Both the position numbers and the translations under genes were made by a program. The notes below the pieces were generated by a model, which saw only the letters and a list, made by a program, of their open reading frames with translations, was not told the origin of the DNA and did not search any database. 64,000 nt of DNA from Podarcis filfolensis (taxonomy: Eukaryota): NCBI GenBank assembly GCA_964270895.1, contig OZ185441.1; one strand, given 5' to 3'. Positions 1-12,700 of the stretch are shown here, piece after piece. Numbering within the stretch: the stretch's first letter is position 1; each line of letters opens with the position of its first letter.

Positions 1-72
1 AGGTTAAGAACACTTTCAGGTTAAGAACGGACCTCCGGAACGAATTAAGTACTTAACCCGAGGTACCACTTG
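1..72. mobile_element. Right end of a Tigger/pogo-like (Tc1-mariner) MITE, cut by the window edge
   Basis: Ends ...TTAACCCGAGGTACCACT(T)G-TA; same sequence as the end of the full copy at 47020-47261. Confidence 0.85.
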
Positions 73-1333
73 TAAAGGGGAAATAGGATGAAATTGATTA
101 ATCTCTTTTTTATATTAAAAAAAAAAAACCTTTAAAAATTAACTATGCACTATCAGCAGCTATAGGACATTTTGTATCCCACTCTTTCTTCATGGAACAG
201 AAAGCCACACATTATTTTAACAGTCCCCTTGTTATGAGATCATGACTGGCAACTTAAGGCCATGCAGTGAGCTTGAAGGCTAATTACATTTAGGAACAAA
301 GCTCCAAGCAGACTCCAAGGACTCAGTGAAATCCCCAGGTGGATTAAAAGTGATTTAAATTAGATGCAGGGAAATGCAAACATATCCCAATGGAGTTGTT
401 CAGCTCAGAAGAAATCATTCAGTGTACAATTGGGTCTAAAGGGCAAAGAATCCTGGTGGCGGGTTATGCAAAGAAGCAAGATGTTGAAGTGTGTTTGTAT
501 TTGAAGGAGAGGCCCCTAATTGCGTAGATTGTTGCTCAAGAATCAGAGTGATGAGAATACCCTCCTTTTCAATTGTGGAAGAGAATGACAACATTTCCCC
601 AAGTACCTTTAAATCTGGATGCATCACTTGTAAATGTTAATTCCACATAGACGGTGGAGGGAAAGCATTCTTAGTTATATGTGCATGCCAGTCAGCGCAG
701 GTTCCTTAATTTAGTTTATAGAACCAGCAAATTGCAACTACAACAACAACAGCAACAAAACTAATTACACCACCACTTGTGGAAAATAGCCTAAGACTGT
801 TTGGAGGGCCTTGATTTCTCAAGCAGGATACCTCAAAACCTCCAACGGGCCTAGATTCAAGAGCCTGCAGCCCTTATGACAGATAACATACATTCACTGC
901 TAAACGAATAGCAGAAAAGTCCAATAATTTGAGAACTGTTTGAATGCATTTGGTTTATTTTCTTTATCCGAAGCCTTGCCAAAAAGAAATTGTAGTGTTT
1001 TTCAGCAGAGTAAAGAAATTGTTGGTGTATATTTCTGTGCATGAATACACAAAATATATGACACACTTCTGAGACATTTTAAGACTGGGAACTTTGGGAA
1101 CTATTCAGAAATTGGACACTGGCACCTGTGAATCCTTGTAGCCAAACTGTGCTCTGCTACTTGGCGTGAAAACTCTAAAACATTCTTTTATTTCAAATCC
1201 ATTTATATGCTGAGACTAATGTAGGCTGAATAAAAATTACATGGCACTTTGTTCTGCATCTAACATGTGGGTCTGTACTGTAAGAAATATTAATTGATGT
1301 ATGCAAGATTATATAACTCCAGGTTTTCATCAG

Positions 1334-1486
1334 GACAGTGATCTACTGGATCGTCGAAAACACTGCTTTGGTGTCCAGTCTGAAACGGGAGAGGATCTCT
1401 ACTTTTCTGTGGAATTAGAATGTGACCTCATATTATGGGAAAAGGCCTTCCAATCAGCAACTTTTTTAGAAGTGGAACGAATACAG
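1334..1486 (+). CDS. SNTG1: Gamma-1 syntrophin internal coding exon (153 nt, phase 0-0)
   Basis: cag|GAC...CAG|gtaaga; DSDLLDRRKHCFGVQSETGEDLYFSVELECDLILWEKAFQSATFLEVERIQ matches recalled vertebrate SNTG1 PH2 region. Confidence 0.95.
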
Positions 1487-1551
1487 GTAAGAACCATGCG
1501 GTGTCAAATTCATTTTTGGTTATTATTATGCAATACATTTTATGTGATAGT

Positions 1552-1707
1552 CAGTGCTTTTTTCTGGGGGGACGCAGGGGTATGCATACCCCTAAACATT
1601 TTGTGAATCTAAGTTTGGTCTCATTGAGGGGCAGTATTTCAATATGAGTGGGAAAATGAGAGAACCCCTAAACATTTTTTCTTTTTTCTTTTTTTTAAAA
1701 AGCACTG
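1552..1707. mobile_element. hAT-type MITE
   Basis: TIR CAGTGCTTTTT...AAAAAGCACTG; perfect 8-bp TSD GTGATAGT (1544-1551, 1708-1715). Confidence 0.9.
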
Positions 1708-2258
1708 GTGATAGTGATAGTTATTACCAAAGACTTTTTTTGGGGGGAGGGGGGAGGTTTGGAATATTTAATGGGAAAAAGAGTTAATGATATACTACAT
1801 ATTGTTTCCATACAGGAAAAAAATCTCATTTGAAAACAAAACAAGATAGGGTTCTGTATACACTTTTAGTTTTTGAAACCCAAACATTGAAAGCACTAAT
1901 GAGATTAGGTGTGGTTGTTTGATATGTTCTTGGCCAAACCAAAATGGCGGTTCAGCAGCTAGAAGCATTGAGTTGTAGCCTTCTGTTATTTTGCTTATTT
2001 TCTTAGCTTTCGCTTTGGAAATGAAAAGTATCTGCTAATGAGATAAGGATAAACAATGGTGTGGCAGTACGGTGCATCCCAGTAGTGGGGCTAGAAGCTT
2101 GAATCTGGGAAACTTGGGCCCAGATTATCCATGAAGCTTGTTGTATGGCCTTGGGCTAGTCACTATCAGCATAGCGGTTCTGATCTCATGGTAGAATTTA
2201 TTCAAGAGGACAAAGAGAAATTGGAATTTTATGGGATGGTAAAGGAGAAATCAGGACT

Positions 2259-2530
2259 TATAGAATCATAGACTTGTAGGGTTGGAAGGTATTCATCTAG
2301 TCCAGGCATGGCAAAACTTGGCCCTTCAGTTGTTTGGGGACTACAGTTCCCATCATCCCTGACCACTGGTCCTGTTAGCTAGGGATGATGGGAGTTGTAG
2401 TCCCCAAAACAGCTGGAGGGCCAAGTTTGGCCATGCCTGATCTAGCCCAACCCCTGCAATACAAGAATCTTTCCCACAGTTGTCCCTGAGTGGACTCACA
2501 CCAACAACATTCTGGTTGACAGTGAGATGT
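2259..2530 (-). mobile_element. CR1-tail-bearing SINE/LINE 3' end interrupted by a MITE
   Basis: TAGAATCATAG...GTTGGAAGG...CATCTAGTC/CAACCCCTGCAAT is the reverse complement of the CR1 3' terminus; compare 55556-55613. Confidence 0.7.
2303..2439. mobile_element. Palindromic hAT (Buster/Charlie-like) MITE
   Basis: Near-perfect fold-back CAGGCATGG...CCATGCCTG; TSD ATCTAGTC/ATCTAGCC (7/8). Confidence 0.9.
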
Positions 2531-3246
2531 ATGTTACCAAGTCCTGATTTCAGGGTGGCAGAAGAACTTGGGAGTCACTATGTTGTTACGTAAATATTTA
2601 TAAGAATAGAACATCTATTATTTTATTATACTTCATCCTTTTGAAATACATAGGATGTTTGGATGGGTATCTCTTATATTAATGGGTATCGTTTACATCC
2701 ATTCCTGTTCTAGTAAGTCAGCTTTCTCCCTTCTCCCCAACTTATCCAGGATCAAAATAGTGTCACGGATCACAAATAATGCACTTTTAATGCAAGTATT
2801 ACGATTCTGCAATACTGATTGATGAACGACTCCCCTCCCCTCTAACCCTGTAAACCTCTTAGCCCATTTTCAATTAATTACAATGTGTTTCAAGTTGATA
2901 TGCACCCAGTGTTTGGCAGATCAATCAGATTGATTCAGTTGGCAGAGGCACAACCTGGTTACTATTTTGAGTTTTTACATGTACAGAATAGTGCCAAAGC
3001 TCCTTCTTTTCACATAGAAACCTGGGAAAATCACCTAGTGTCTTGAGGGCAGGGAATGCTTCTCTGTAATATAATGGGGCAACCTTTACAAAAGAAAATG
3101 CATCTCGTTAGGAAATGTATGCAGTGGTGTGTTCTACTTGTTGAATAATGGATTTGCAGATAGTTCATCTCACTCAGATCAGTAGGATATCAGTAGGATA
3201 TGCACTACAGCTTTGTTTAAATCATAGTCATAATGTACAACTATTA

Positions 3247-3361
3247 AGGTAAAGGGACCCCTGACCATTAGGTCCAGTCGTGGCCAACTCTGGGGTTGCG
3301 GCGCTCATCTCGCTTTATTGGCCAAGGGTACAGCTTCCGGGTCATGTGGCCAGCATGACTA
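3247..3361 (-). mobile_element. Sauria SINE, 3' portion (5'-truncated)
   Basis: AGGTAAAGGGACCCCTGACCATTAGGTCCAGTCG... is the reverse complement of the tail seen at 63050-63165. Confidence 0.9.
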
Positions 3362-4313
3362 GTTTATCCTAATTTGTACCTTTATGAACTTTTTAATAAT
3401 TCAAACTTACATTTATGATTTTGTTCCAACACTGATTTTTGAAAACTGGAATTCTGGCATGAACTTAGTAGCCAAGAGTCTCTGAACCTTTTCCATTTTA
3501 GAAATGGGCTTGGATGAGCTTTTTCCTCCATTGAATTCTCTCCCACTTTAAACATCTCCTACTAAGCTATAGTATACTTCAGGTTTTGGGGCCTGAGGAA
3601 CATAATGCTTCAGTTTCTGCTCCTGAACTAGGGCAACTGAATTATTCACAGACCCAGTTTTAAGATTCTGTACTTTTTGCACATGGTAGATTAAATATTG
3701 AGTTGCCTCTTATATGGGAAACTTTCATTCCGAATAGGGTTTTTTTTTTCATCTTTTTCAGCGTGTGAAATCAATAATCAAAAGCAAATAATTCACTCTT
3801 TTTATGGCAGGTGTAATGTTTTAACAGTTTATATTAGATCTGTACGAACTTTGACATTATGTGCTCTCTTGGCAGCATTCTTCAATTTATTCTCTCCAAG
3901 TTCACAGCAAAGGGGATTAATTAAAGTAAGCTGAAAAGCTACAGGTGAAATAAAACCTCTGATTAGGAGCCAGAGAGTGAGAGGCTAGAGACTGACCCTT
4001 TACCACTCTAACCTGTGGTGCACATTAATATCTCTTTACCAATTTGTGACAGCTGCTCAAAGCCCGTTATAATCTTTCACCTTTCAATATTTCCTGCTAG
4101 GAGTTGTGCTTGTTACTCATAGCTTTGTAGCTGGGGGAGTGGGGAGGGGAAGACTGATCCTTAGGTGAAGTGATTGATGGAGCAAATCTAGCACTTGCAG
4201 AGGTATTGAACTGCTAAATTAGAACACTAAGGTGGATGGCCAGTGCGTTTAGAACAGAACTTTCCTTCAGTCTAAAGTTACTTCCTCATGCTTACCTGCC
4301 ACACAGGTTAAAG

Positions 4314-4450
4314 CAGGTGTGGGGAACCTCTGGCTCGCCACGTGTTGAAAATGGCAGCTCCCATCAGCCCCAGCCAGCAGGGCTGATGGTCAGGAATTAT
4401 GAGAGCTGTAGGTCAGCATCATCCAGAGGGCCACAGGTTCCTCACACCTG
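4314..4450. mobile_element. Decayed palindromic hAT MITE
   Basis: TIR CAGGTGTGGGGAACCT...AGGTTCCTCACACCTG; same architecture as 2303 and 60576. Confidence 0.7.
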
Positions 4451-5288
4451 TGTTTTAAAGTAACCCACATCACTTCTTCAACACAAGGTGCCACTGCAGT
4501 CCTTTACATAAAGAAGTTACTTTGCCCAGAAATTTGAGATAGGGGTACGTTTATGAATGTGTGTAACAGTGAGCATCCAAACCCTAAAGTAAGGTATCTG
4601 AGGGACTGAAAAGAATTATGAGGCTCTGTTTCCAGAACAATGATCTCTGTGTTTTAATCATTTTTATAATTGAAGGATATGACAAAAGGAAGCAATTGTG
4701 GGGTGTGTTTTTTTTTGCAAGTTAATAAAATTAAACATTTATGCCCATAACATTTATTACTACATAATAGACTAAATGTTAATAAAACTTACATGAAGTT
4801 GGTGAGCTTTAACAAGCAGTTGAGTCACAAATATGGCTGCTTATGAGGCTTTCCATTGATTACTTCGTTTTTTATTTTTCTCTGTGGAATGATTTGTTTC
4901 ACCCACAAAATAAAAAATCATTTATTTTCTCCTATTACGTTTACTGGGTGTTTTATGTACTAGTTTTTGCTAATCATTTTAAGCCCAGTATTTAATTTTA
5001 TTTCTCTTACAATAAACATTTTCCGGAAATCTTGCAAAAAAAAGAGACAGCATCTGCATCTATGTACTCTGCTCTAAATTTTCCAACTTTGATAGGACTA
5101 ATAATAATTAACTGGATGCAGGAATGCAGTTGTTATTGTTTTAGTTGAGTGCAATTCACATATACACAAATGTGTAATGGTGTATGCTAAGTTTGATTCC
5201 AATGGCAGACTTCAATTTCTCTGGATTGCATTCAGAGGCTTGGAATCAAAGTTCCTTGCACATGAATATGAAAGGTGCTTCGACATAT

Positions 5289-5982
5289 TGGGGGTGGGGG
5301 GAGCAATGATTCCTAGCAGCCGTCCCTCACATGCTGTTTCACCTCAGGAATTCTCGTTCCACACCCAGTAAGCATGGAATGCCTTTGCCCACCAGCACTG
5401 GGGCCCATAGACTGCAGCAAAATGCCCTTGCAAAGGGGAGAGGAAAGCCTTCCACTTGGGGCCCGCCCACCCTCTGGTTAGAACCTTCACTGAGCAATTT
5501 TGAGTAGCTGGTTGCCAGGGCCGGAAATAATTTTTTTCACTCAACCTGATTGGCACTTCCCTCTCACCTTTTCCCCAGTGAAATTATGGTCTTCCTTTGT
5601 TAGGCGGAACAACATTGTTTGTTGAGGGCAGAAATGGTATTAGGCACGATCCACATAGGATGGGAGAGCCCATAAAGGGCCTGAGGAGACAATTGACCAT
5701 GGCACCTCCAAGCTTGGGTTGAGGTGCCTGGTTGGAATCTGCACCCTGGTCACCCAGTGAGACCTTGCTTGCTTGGCTTGCACTACACAAAGTTCAGCAC
5801 TGGCTGACTCCCATGAAATGGGTTTGGGGTGGTCCAAACCCAGGAGACCCGTTCCATCATGGAATGATTACATAATCCAGGCCCCAATGTCATGTCAACC
5901 CTTACCCTGCCTTTTGCTGTCAATAAAGATTTTATTCCATCACTGTTCTAGGGTCTGGTTATTTTGCTACTCTGATGGGTCA
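5289..5982 (+). mobile_element. Solo LTR (694 bp) in an SNTG1 intron, sense orientation
   Basis: TG...CA ends, exact 5-bp TSD CATAT (5284-5288, 5983-5987), AATAAA at 5922-5927, GC-richer than flanks. Confidence 0.75.
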
Positions 5983-6825
5983 CATATTGTGCCTGCCTGG
6001 GCCTTACCTTTTGAGGAGAGGAACAAGTGCCTGTTGTGGCAGGAAATAATGAAATCCCATGGATCAATTCTTCAGATCCATGCCAGTATTTATACTTTGT
6101 TGAGCCATGCCATATTCACCTGTGGAACACATGGCTCCAACATCTGAGCTATATCCAATTGTTTATCATGCTATATAGAAAATATGTCCCAGTAGTTTGA
6201 ATTATAAATGATACTTTTTGAGGACTGCTCTGGCAATGGCAGTTGAGAAATGATTCATACTATCCATTTGCTAGCAGAGCTTTTCTAGAATGGACTCTTG
6301 CTCTTTTCATTCCATCTCCCCCCCCCCCCCGACTTTCCTTGCTTCCCACCAAATATTTGTGGTTGTCATGGGAGATAATAAAGTAATAATCTAAAGTCAA
6401 CAGCCCTGGAGACGAATGCAGACTCAAGAAAGCTTGCCTCCTCAGCTATGGACCAAATTTCTGTGGCTCTTCTTCCATTCAACCCTACCTTTCCCCCACC
6501 TATTTGGGATGGGACAATTCCTTTAGCATCTGAAGATATCACACTTTAGTTTGTCTTATTTTTATGCCTTTGCCAACATCTAAACATGGGCTGCCTAGAA
6601 TTACTTGAAAAAGCTGTCCCACACGAAGGTGGTGCATATTGAATGGCACTTGTTTCAAAACACTGCTGTTCCAAAGAGCTCTAGTAACCCTTTTGGTTTG
6701 ATAAGGGAATTAGACACCTGACACATACTTTGCAACCTGCATATGTTTACAAAATGATCACTTTTAAAAATGTGGATGTATAGCATATAAGTAGTGCAAT
6801 GAATACCCATCTCAGTGTCCCAACT

Positions 6826-7430
6826 AACTGGTTATTCTTGGTGTGTTCTATTCTGTTCCAAATATGGGAATGTACCTGGGCTGTTTACAGGGACCTTCTA
6901 GGAAGCTTTGGAAGACTGACAGCATTGGATTTGCCCCTCTCATCCATGTGAACTCATTTGTGATCTCTGTATGGGCTAAGAATCTAGAGTCAGCCCTTCA
7001 GGCTCCCTTCTTTTCATGTGCAAAAAGCAGTGGCACGGAGAGATATCTCTCACTCTATGCTCCTCCTCTCCACTCTTTATTTCCCCCCCTTGAATTTTGC
7101 CCTGATGCTGAGTAGGGCTATCTTCAAAAAGTGTGGCAACTGTGTGAGTAAAGTTCTTGACCTTCGCAGTCACTGCCTCACATGCCTCAAAGAGGCTGAC
7201 ATCATTAAAATGTGAAAGTTTTTTTGCAGAGGTCTTGCAGAAAGTGCTCAGGAAACAAATCGTTGCCACCATGGACATTTCTCCCAAAGGCCATGCAGTA
7301 ATTGATACTATGCAGGGGTGTAAAGGAAGGGATCCAGCATACCCAGTCTTCCAGAGCTTTCTAGAAAGTTCCACCAGTAGGTTGTGCAGGTGCTTTTCCA
7401 TATCTTGACTGCATTTACAGGTGAGCCACT
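6826..7430 (+). mobile_element. Internally deleted DIRS-like (tyrosine recombinase retrotransposon) remnant
   Basis: Frame at ~7118-7215 reads AIFKKCGNCVSKVLDLRSHCLTCLKE, resembling the recalled N-terminal zinc finger of vertebrate DIRS ORF1; degenerate inverted repeats at ~6858-6906 and ~7356-7408. Confidence 0.55.
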
Positions 7431-8554
7431 TTAGGTTTTGATGTTATTTGTTTGTTTATTGAAATCATATTAGTTATGAATTATATGATTTGAGAGAATT
7501 TTTTGGGGGGGATGCTGTTGTCAGAAAACAGAAATCTGAATTTAAATTGATAGGAATCACTTTGCAGTGGACAATTTAATTAGCGATCAAATTATTTCTG
7601 CTTGGCAGTTTCTGTTTAAACATTTATTTTGTATAAAAAGTCCTTAAGTCATTGTTCTTCTAGCTCTAAACTAGGGTTTCCATCAGTCTCAGAAGCATTT
7701 CAAGAGATTTGTCTCTGACTTTAATGTGAAAAGGTAGCATCTTTCATAAGCACTTCTGTCATGAGTAGCTTGGCCTTTTCAAGCTCTGCTGTGCACTTCA
7801 CATCTTGACAATGATGTTCTGATCAGAAAAATACCTAATTTGCGCTGAGCAGTACTAGCTTGGCATTAGGAACCAGAAGCCAACTATCAAACAAGGAGCT
7901 CAGTGGGAGTATGTAATTTGTTGTTAACTGAAACTCAGTGTTGAACAGTTTCATTTTATCAATGCAAACCAAAATGTCACACTGCATGGGGGGGGGGGGG
8001 GGTTGGAGAAATAAGAAACTCAAAATAAAGGTAGTTCTTCCGATTTCCTTAAATGTTAGAAGTGCTGTATTAGCAACTTGCTGGCAATGGAAGTTTGGTC
8101 ATTTGCCCTTATCAACACATTTCCTGACATAAATTATTTGAAAATGAATTGGGGGGGGGTCAACTATAATACAAATCATAAAAATAGATAAATGCAGGTC
8201 CATCAAATAGTTAGATTGAAGTTCACAAGAGCCTCACTAGGAAAATTCAGGGAACCTAAGAGTCTTCTTATCCCTTGTCTTCTTTGATGAGCCATTACAT
8301 CAACAGCAAATACCTAGTCATTATATATTTTGTTTACATACTCACTTCCAATAAAATATGTTTATCTTGCATTAAAGTAATGGGACATAAAAGCTGCATA
8401 TAAAAGTGCCTCTTTATTTACCAAAGGTGCATGTGTCCCCAGTCATATGTGAGAGATGTATTCCATGTGAGATCAGAAATTAGGAGGTGATGCATTTCAC
8501 TCTCAATTACTTCATTTACATTGAGGAATGGGCAAAGACAGTTGAATTCCAATA

Positions 8555-8785
8555 AAGTGGTACCTTGGTATACAAACTTAATCCGTTCTGGAAGTCCATT
8601 CTTAAAAAAAAGCATTCTTAAACCAAGGCGTGCTTTCCCATAGCAGCGGGGGACTCAGTTTACAAATGGAACACACTCAACAGGAAGTGAAATATGTTCT
8701 TATTCCAAGGCAAAGTTCACAAACCAAAACACCTACTTCCAGGTTTGCAGTGTTCTTAATTCAAGTTGTCCATAAAGTACCACTG
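8555..8785. mobile_element. Tigger/pogo-like MITE, second subfamily
   Basis: TA-(A)AGTGGTACCTTGG...AAAGTACCACTG-TA. Confidence 0.7.
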
Positions 8786-9183
8786 TATTTACTTACCTAC
8801 TATGCTAAATTGTAGCCAGATAGTCAGGGGTGGCACATCCTGCTTCACCACTTGAGGAAAAATGGGAAGTGTTGCATTGCAGTGCTGCCGCCGCCACCCC
8901 TACAACCCCCTGCCTGTTTCTGCCGCTGCTGCCTGCTATTCTGCCTCCACACTCAGCCCCTATGTGTTTTCCATGTAGGTAGAGGTGGAAGCTCTCTTTC
9001 ATGGAATGCAAATAGCCAGTTGATTGAATGTCTAAGGGTTTGTGTTATTTGCAAAGATGTATTTTGTACTTGCCAGGGCTAATTAGTAACTAAACAGGTA
9101 TTTCCCCTTAGCTATAATTTTTCAAAATACATGTACTCAACTGAAGTGCTATCTAACATGCTGTGTTTTTCAATCTTTCCTAG

Positions 9184-9276
9184 TGCAAAACATATGCCTG
9201 TGTTCTGGAGAGTCATCTTATGGGGCTTACCATAGACTTTGGCATGGGTTTCGTATGCTTTGATGCTGCAACAAAG
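9184..9276 (+). CDS. SNTG1: Gamma-1 syntrophin coding exon (93 nt, phase 0-0)
   Basis: tttcctag|TGC...AAG|gtaagg; CKTYACVLESHLMGLTIDFGMGFVCFDAATK; too short for the ORF track, read by hand. Confidence 0.95.
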
Positions 9277-9569
9277 GTAAGGCCATGAGAAGATGTTCAC
9301 ATGCTATTAATGATTCATTTCCAATAATTATCTTTTAAATTGAGCCATTGCTTGAAGTCTGTCACTATGTTGTCTATGCCTTCCCCCATATGAACCAACC
9401 TGGACCCTGTGATCATAATCTGATGCTCTCCATGAGAGGTCCTGAGGGTGGCAACACGAGAATGGGCCTTATCTGCAGTGGATCCCTGCTTGTGGAAGCT
9501 CTCCTCAGGGAGGCTTCGTTACATATCTTTAAGTACCAGGCAAAAACACCAGATTTTAGGCTAATTTAA

Positions 9570-9702
9570 CAATCTATGGCATTTAAAACTTGGGGGTATT
9601 GTTTTTATTTGTTACTATGGTATGTATTTTTTTGTTTTTATATTGTGAAGCACCCTGTGATCCTCAGATGAAGGGTAGTATAGAGATTTAATAAATAATA
9701 AT
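9570..9702 (+). mobile_element. L2-type LINE 3' tail
   Basis: TTGTGAAGCACCCTGTGATCCTCAGATGAAGGGTAGTATAGAGATTTAATAAATAATAAT. Confidence 0.55.
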
Positions 9703-12700
9703 TTTATCCTATCACATTCTAAATATGTTTTTAAAATAGTTTCTGCAGGACTTATTTCTGTAGAATGTTCTTGAGATGGAATGCATGACTTGATCCTTTT
9801 CTACAGCCCCTGCTCTTCTACTTGTTCCATCTCCTTTCCTTTTCTCTCCCTCTTCTCCATGAACATCATAAAGCACACAATTCAAAAGCTCTAAAGGGAC
9901 AAACTTCTAGAGATATGGCCAAAGTTCACATGACGTTTGGCATTCAATATGGCATTCCATTTGAAGAGAAGCATTGAATCTCTGGAATTCTTTTCCAGTT
10001 TAGTTTAGTTTTTTTCTAATTCAGTTCAGAGATGAACTCCTTCTTTACCTAATCTCTCTTACCTGGTAGCAGGTGCTGCTGCTCTGGTGGCAGAGAATGT
10101 GCAGAGACATCTTTCCTTGCCTCACCCTCCTTCCCACAGCAGCAATCTTGATGCCAGGAGCTTGGGGAAATATAAACCCTTCATACTGTTACCACAAGAG
10201 CAGAAAGTGCTGCCACTGGGATTTGGGTGCTTATGAGAAGTGGGGAGGGGGGAGCAGCATTAAGCACTGCACTCACACTGATGCCATTGGGAGAATGACA
10301 GAGTCCATTCTTGCTTTTAACTGGTTAAGAATAAACTCAGCCAATTTTCCAGTCTCAAGGAGGAAGGGGAGAAACTCATTTTGACAAGCCCAATTATAAA
10401 TGTAATCCATGCAAACTTGCCCATTGTTACAAATTTCTTAAACAAATGAGAAAAGGGACTGAAGCTTTTAGCATGCAGACAATATGCTTTTGAATCATAG
10501 CCCTTCATTCCGTGGCCCTGATTGAGGGAGCCAGAAGCAGAGAATGGGGTTTTGGTTGTGTTCTTGACGTTTCCCCCTCCATAGTAAGAGCTCTGACAGT
10601 GCTGATAACCTATAATGCATTCAAAAAAAAGTTGCCTGTGCCAGCTTCTGTTTCCTACTCCCACTCACAACAAATGATATGGAGTGAAATAGGTTTCTAC
10701 TTGCAGATTGTTTTCTCTGGATCAGGGTGATTGTTTTATTATCTAGATGTTAATAGAAAAATCACAATCCACATTGGTCAAATGTCAAGATTGTACTCTC
10801 TCTATGAGAGTCATGAAAAACAAAGCACAGTTTGTTTTTCTTCTTCCATGGTGCTACTTTCCTCTAAAATCTCTTTCAACACCGTTTCCTCTGATAGAAT
10901 CCATCAGATAGGAAACTGCACTAACAAAACTATTAACATAGTTATGGCTTCGGATTTATATTTTCAAAACAGAAGAAACCATACACAGATATCTTAATCA
11001 ACATATCCAGCTGGCAACAGTGTCAGAATAAGAGAAATATCACCTGCCTTCCAGACAGAAACCATTAGAATCAGCCTCAGTCCTTGTAATATTTTCTCTA
11101 GCCTTATAAAATCCTACTTTGCTCACTCACCTGAAGCAAGTAATTTGCTTTGACAGGCCACTGACATACTATCAGCTTTTACATTATCATGATTACCGCA
11201 AGCCTGATCTATACTTCACTGAAGTCAGTGGGTGCCTTTCCATTGATTTTTCTCCCCCCCCCCACTGCCAAAATATACCCCAAGCCTCCTCAAAGAATAC
11301 TGCAGATTATTTTCCCAAGGTATTTACTTGACCAGAAGAATAAATTTGGTTTGGAACCTATCACATACCCCCATCCATATTCTCTTTGTGTACATTACTG
11401 TGCTTTTATTATTAAGAGCTGGGCCAAATTTCTGACAGCTTCAATTTTCATGTCAAAAATTGCACTTCTGATCAATCAGGGCCTTTATTGATCAGCTAAG
11501 CAATGTGCAGGAAAATTGTGAGAGTTTCTGCATGTATCATCCATATCAGTACACAAATCACTGCTCAGCGGTGTTGAAAAGTCCCTGATCTGGCCCACAA
11601 GAAAATGCCAGAAGGGTTTTGAGATCTCTGAGCTTTTCTCACCAAACTTTGAGAGAGCCTCTGACTCAACTGAGTGAATCCATTTCTTGAGGACATGGTG
11701 AGGTGGGGGCTGTCACCAGTCACATGAATTGTAGGAGAAGGCTTGCCCACAGAAAGCAGATAAAGGGACTAAGCCCAAGATTTTGGTCCAATTAGGAAGC
11801 TTCCTTGAGGTTGGTGACACAAGCATAGGAATTCAACAGCTTTTTTCTGACATTCTGCTCACTGCTAACAATAATACAAGAGGAGGAACCGATTGCTCAG
11901 GGTTCCAGATCACATGGGAGCTTGTACTATGAAGGTTCCTACCTCACAGCAATGGTATTTTTCAGTAGAAAGCTACTGCTACCCAATATTATTGATCTTT
12001 ACAATTTATTACTTGTGGCAGCAACACTCATAACAGCATATCATAATCTATCCTGGTATTTTTATTTTTTTGAGAAACTCAAAAAGCCTTTACGTTATCT
12101 TTGAAATTCATGAGTGAAGACAAAATCCTACTGCTGCTTTTCCTTTTATGATGCCAGTAAAGTTGAATAATTCAAACTTGAGATCCTTACCTTTTTATCT
12201 CTCCTGCCATTCATCGAAAACCGGGGGGTTGGGGTGATGAGTGATGGCCTTTGGGTTTCAAAGCCTTTGTAGTTCTTGATTATTATTACTTCACTTTTCT
12301 ATAGCAAACAACATCTAAAGTAGCTAGCAAGAAGTGTAAACACAAAGCATACAAATATTAAAATTACACGAAGCACAAATTAATTATTCTTTAGTAAGCA
12401 TCCTTTGGATTACTATGGATCAAATACAGAAGCCAGGATCAATTCCTGTGGCTCAAGCAGACAAACAAGCCAAAGCTGGTTAAAAAGTGCAGGCTGAATC
12501 CAGGAGCATATCCATCTGTACATACCTTGGAAGAAAAAGCATCTTCATCCAGAAGAGATTGGATACTCATCTTCAAATGAATGGAGCCTTTAACAGCATT
12601 TCCATCTTATCTGGATGAAGTATCAAGTTGTTCACCCCCCACCAATTCTTCCCTGGTACCATATGCCAGTTCAAGACTGTCACCTACCACTTTGTGTTCA

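Noticed and set aside
7987-8003. Long G or C homopolymer runs (also ~6318, 17852, 25731)
   Set aside because: Common simple repeats, prone to sequencing error; no contextual support for function
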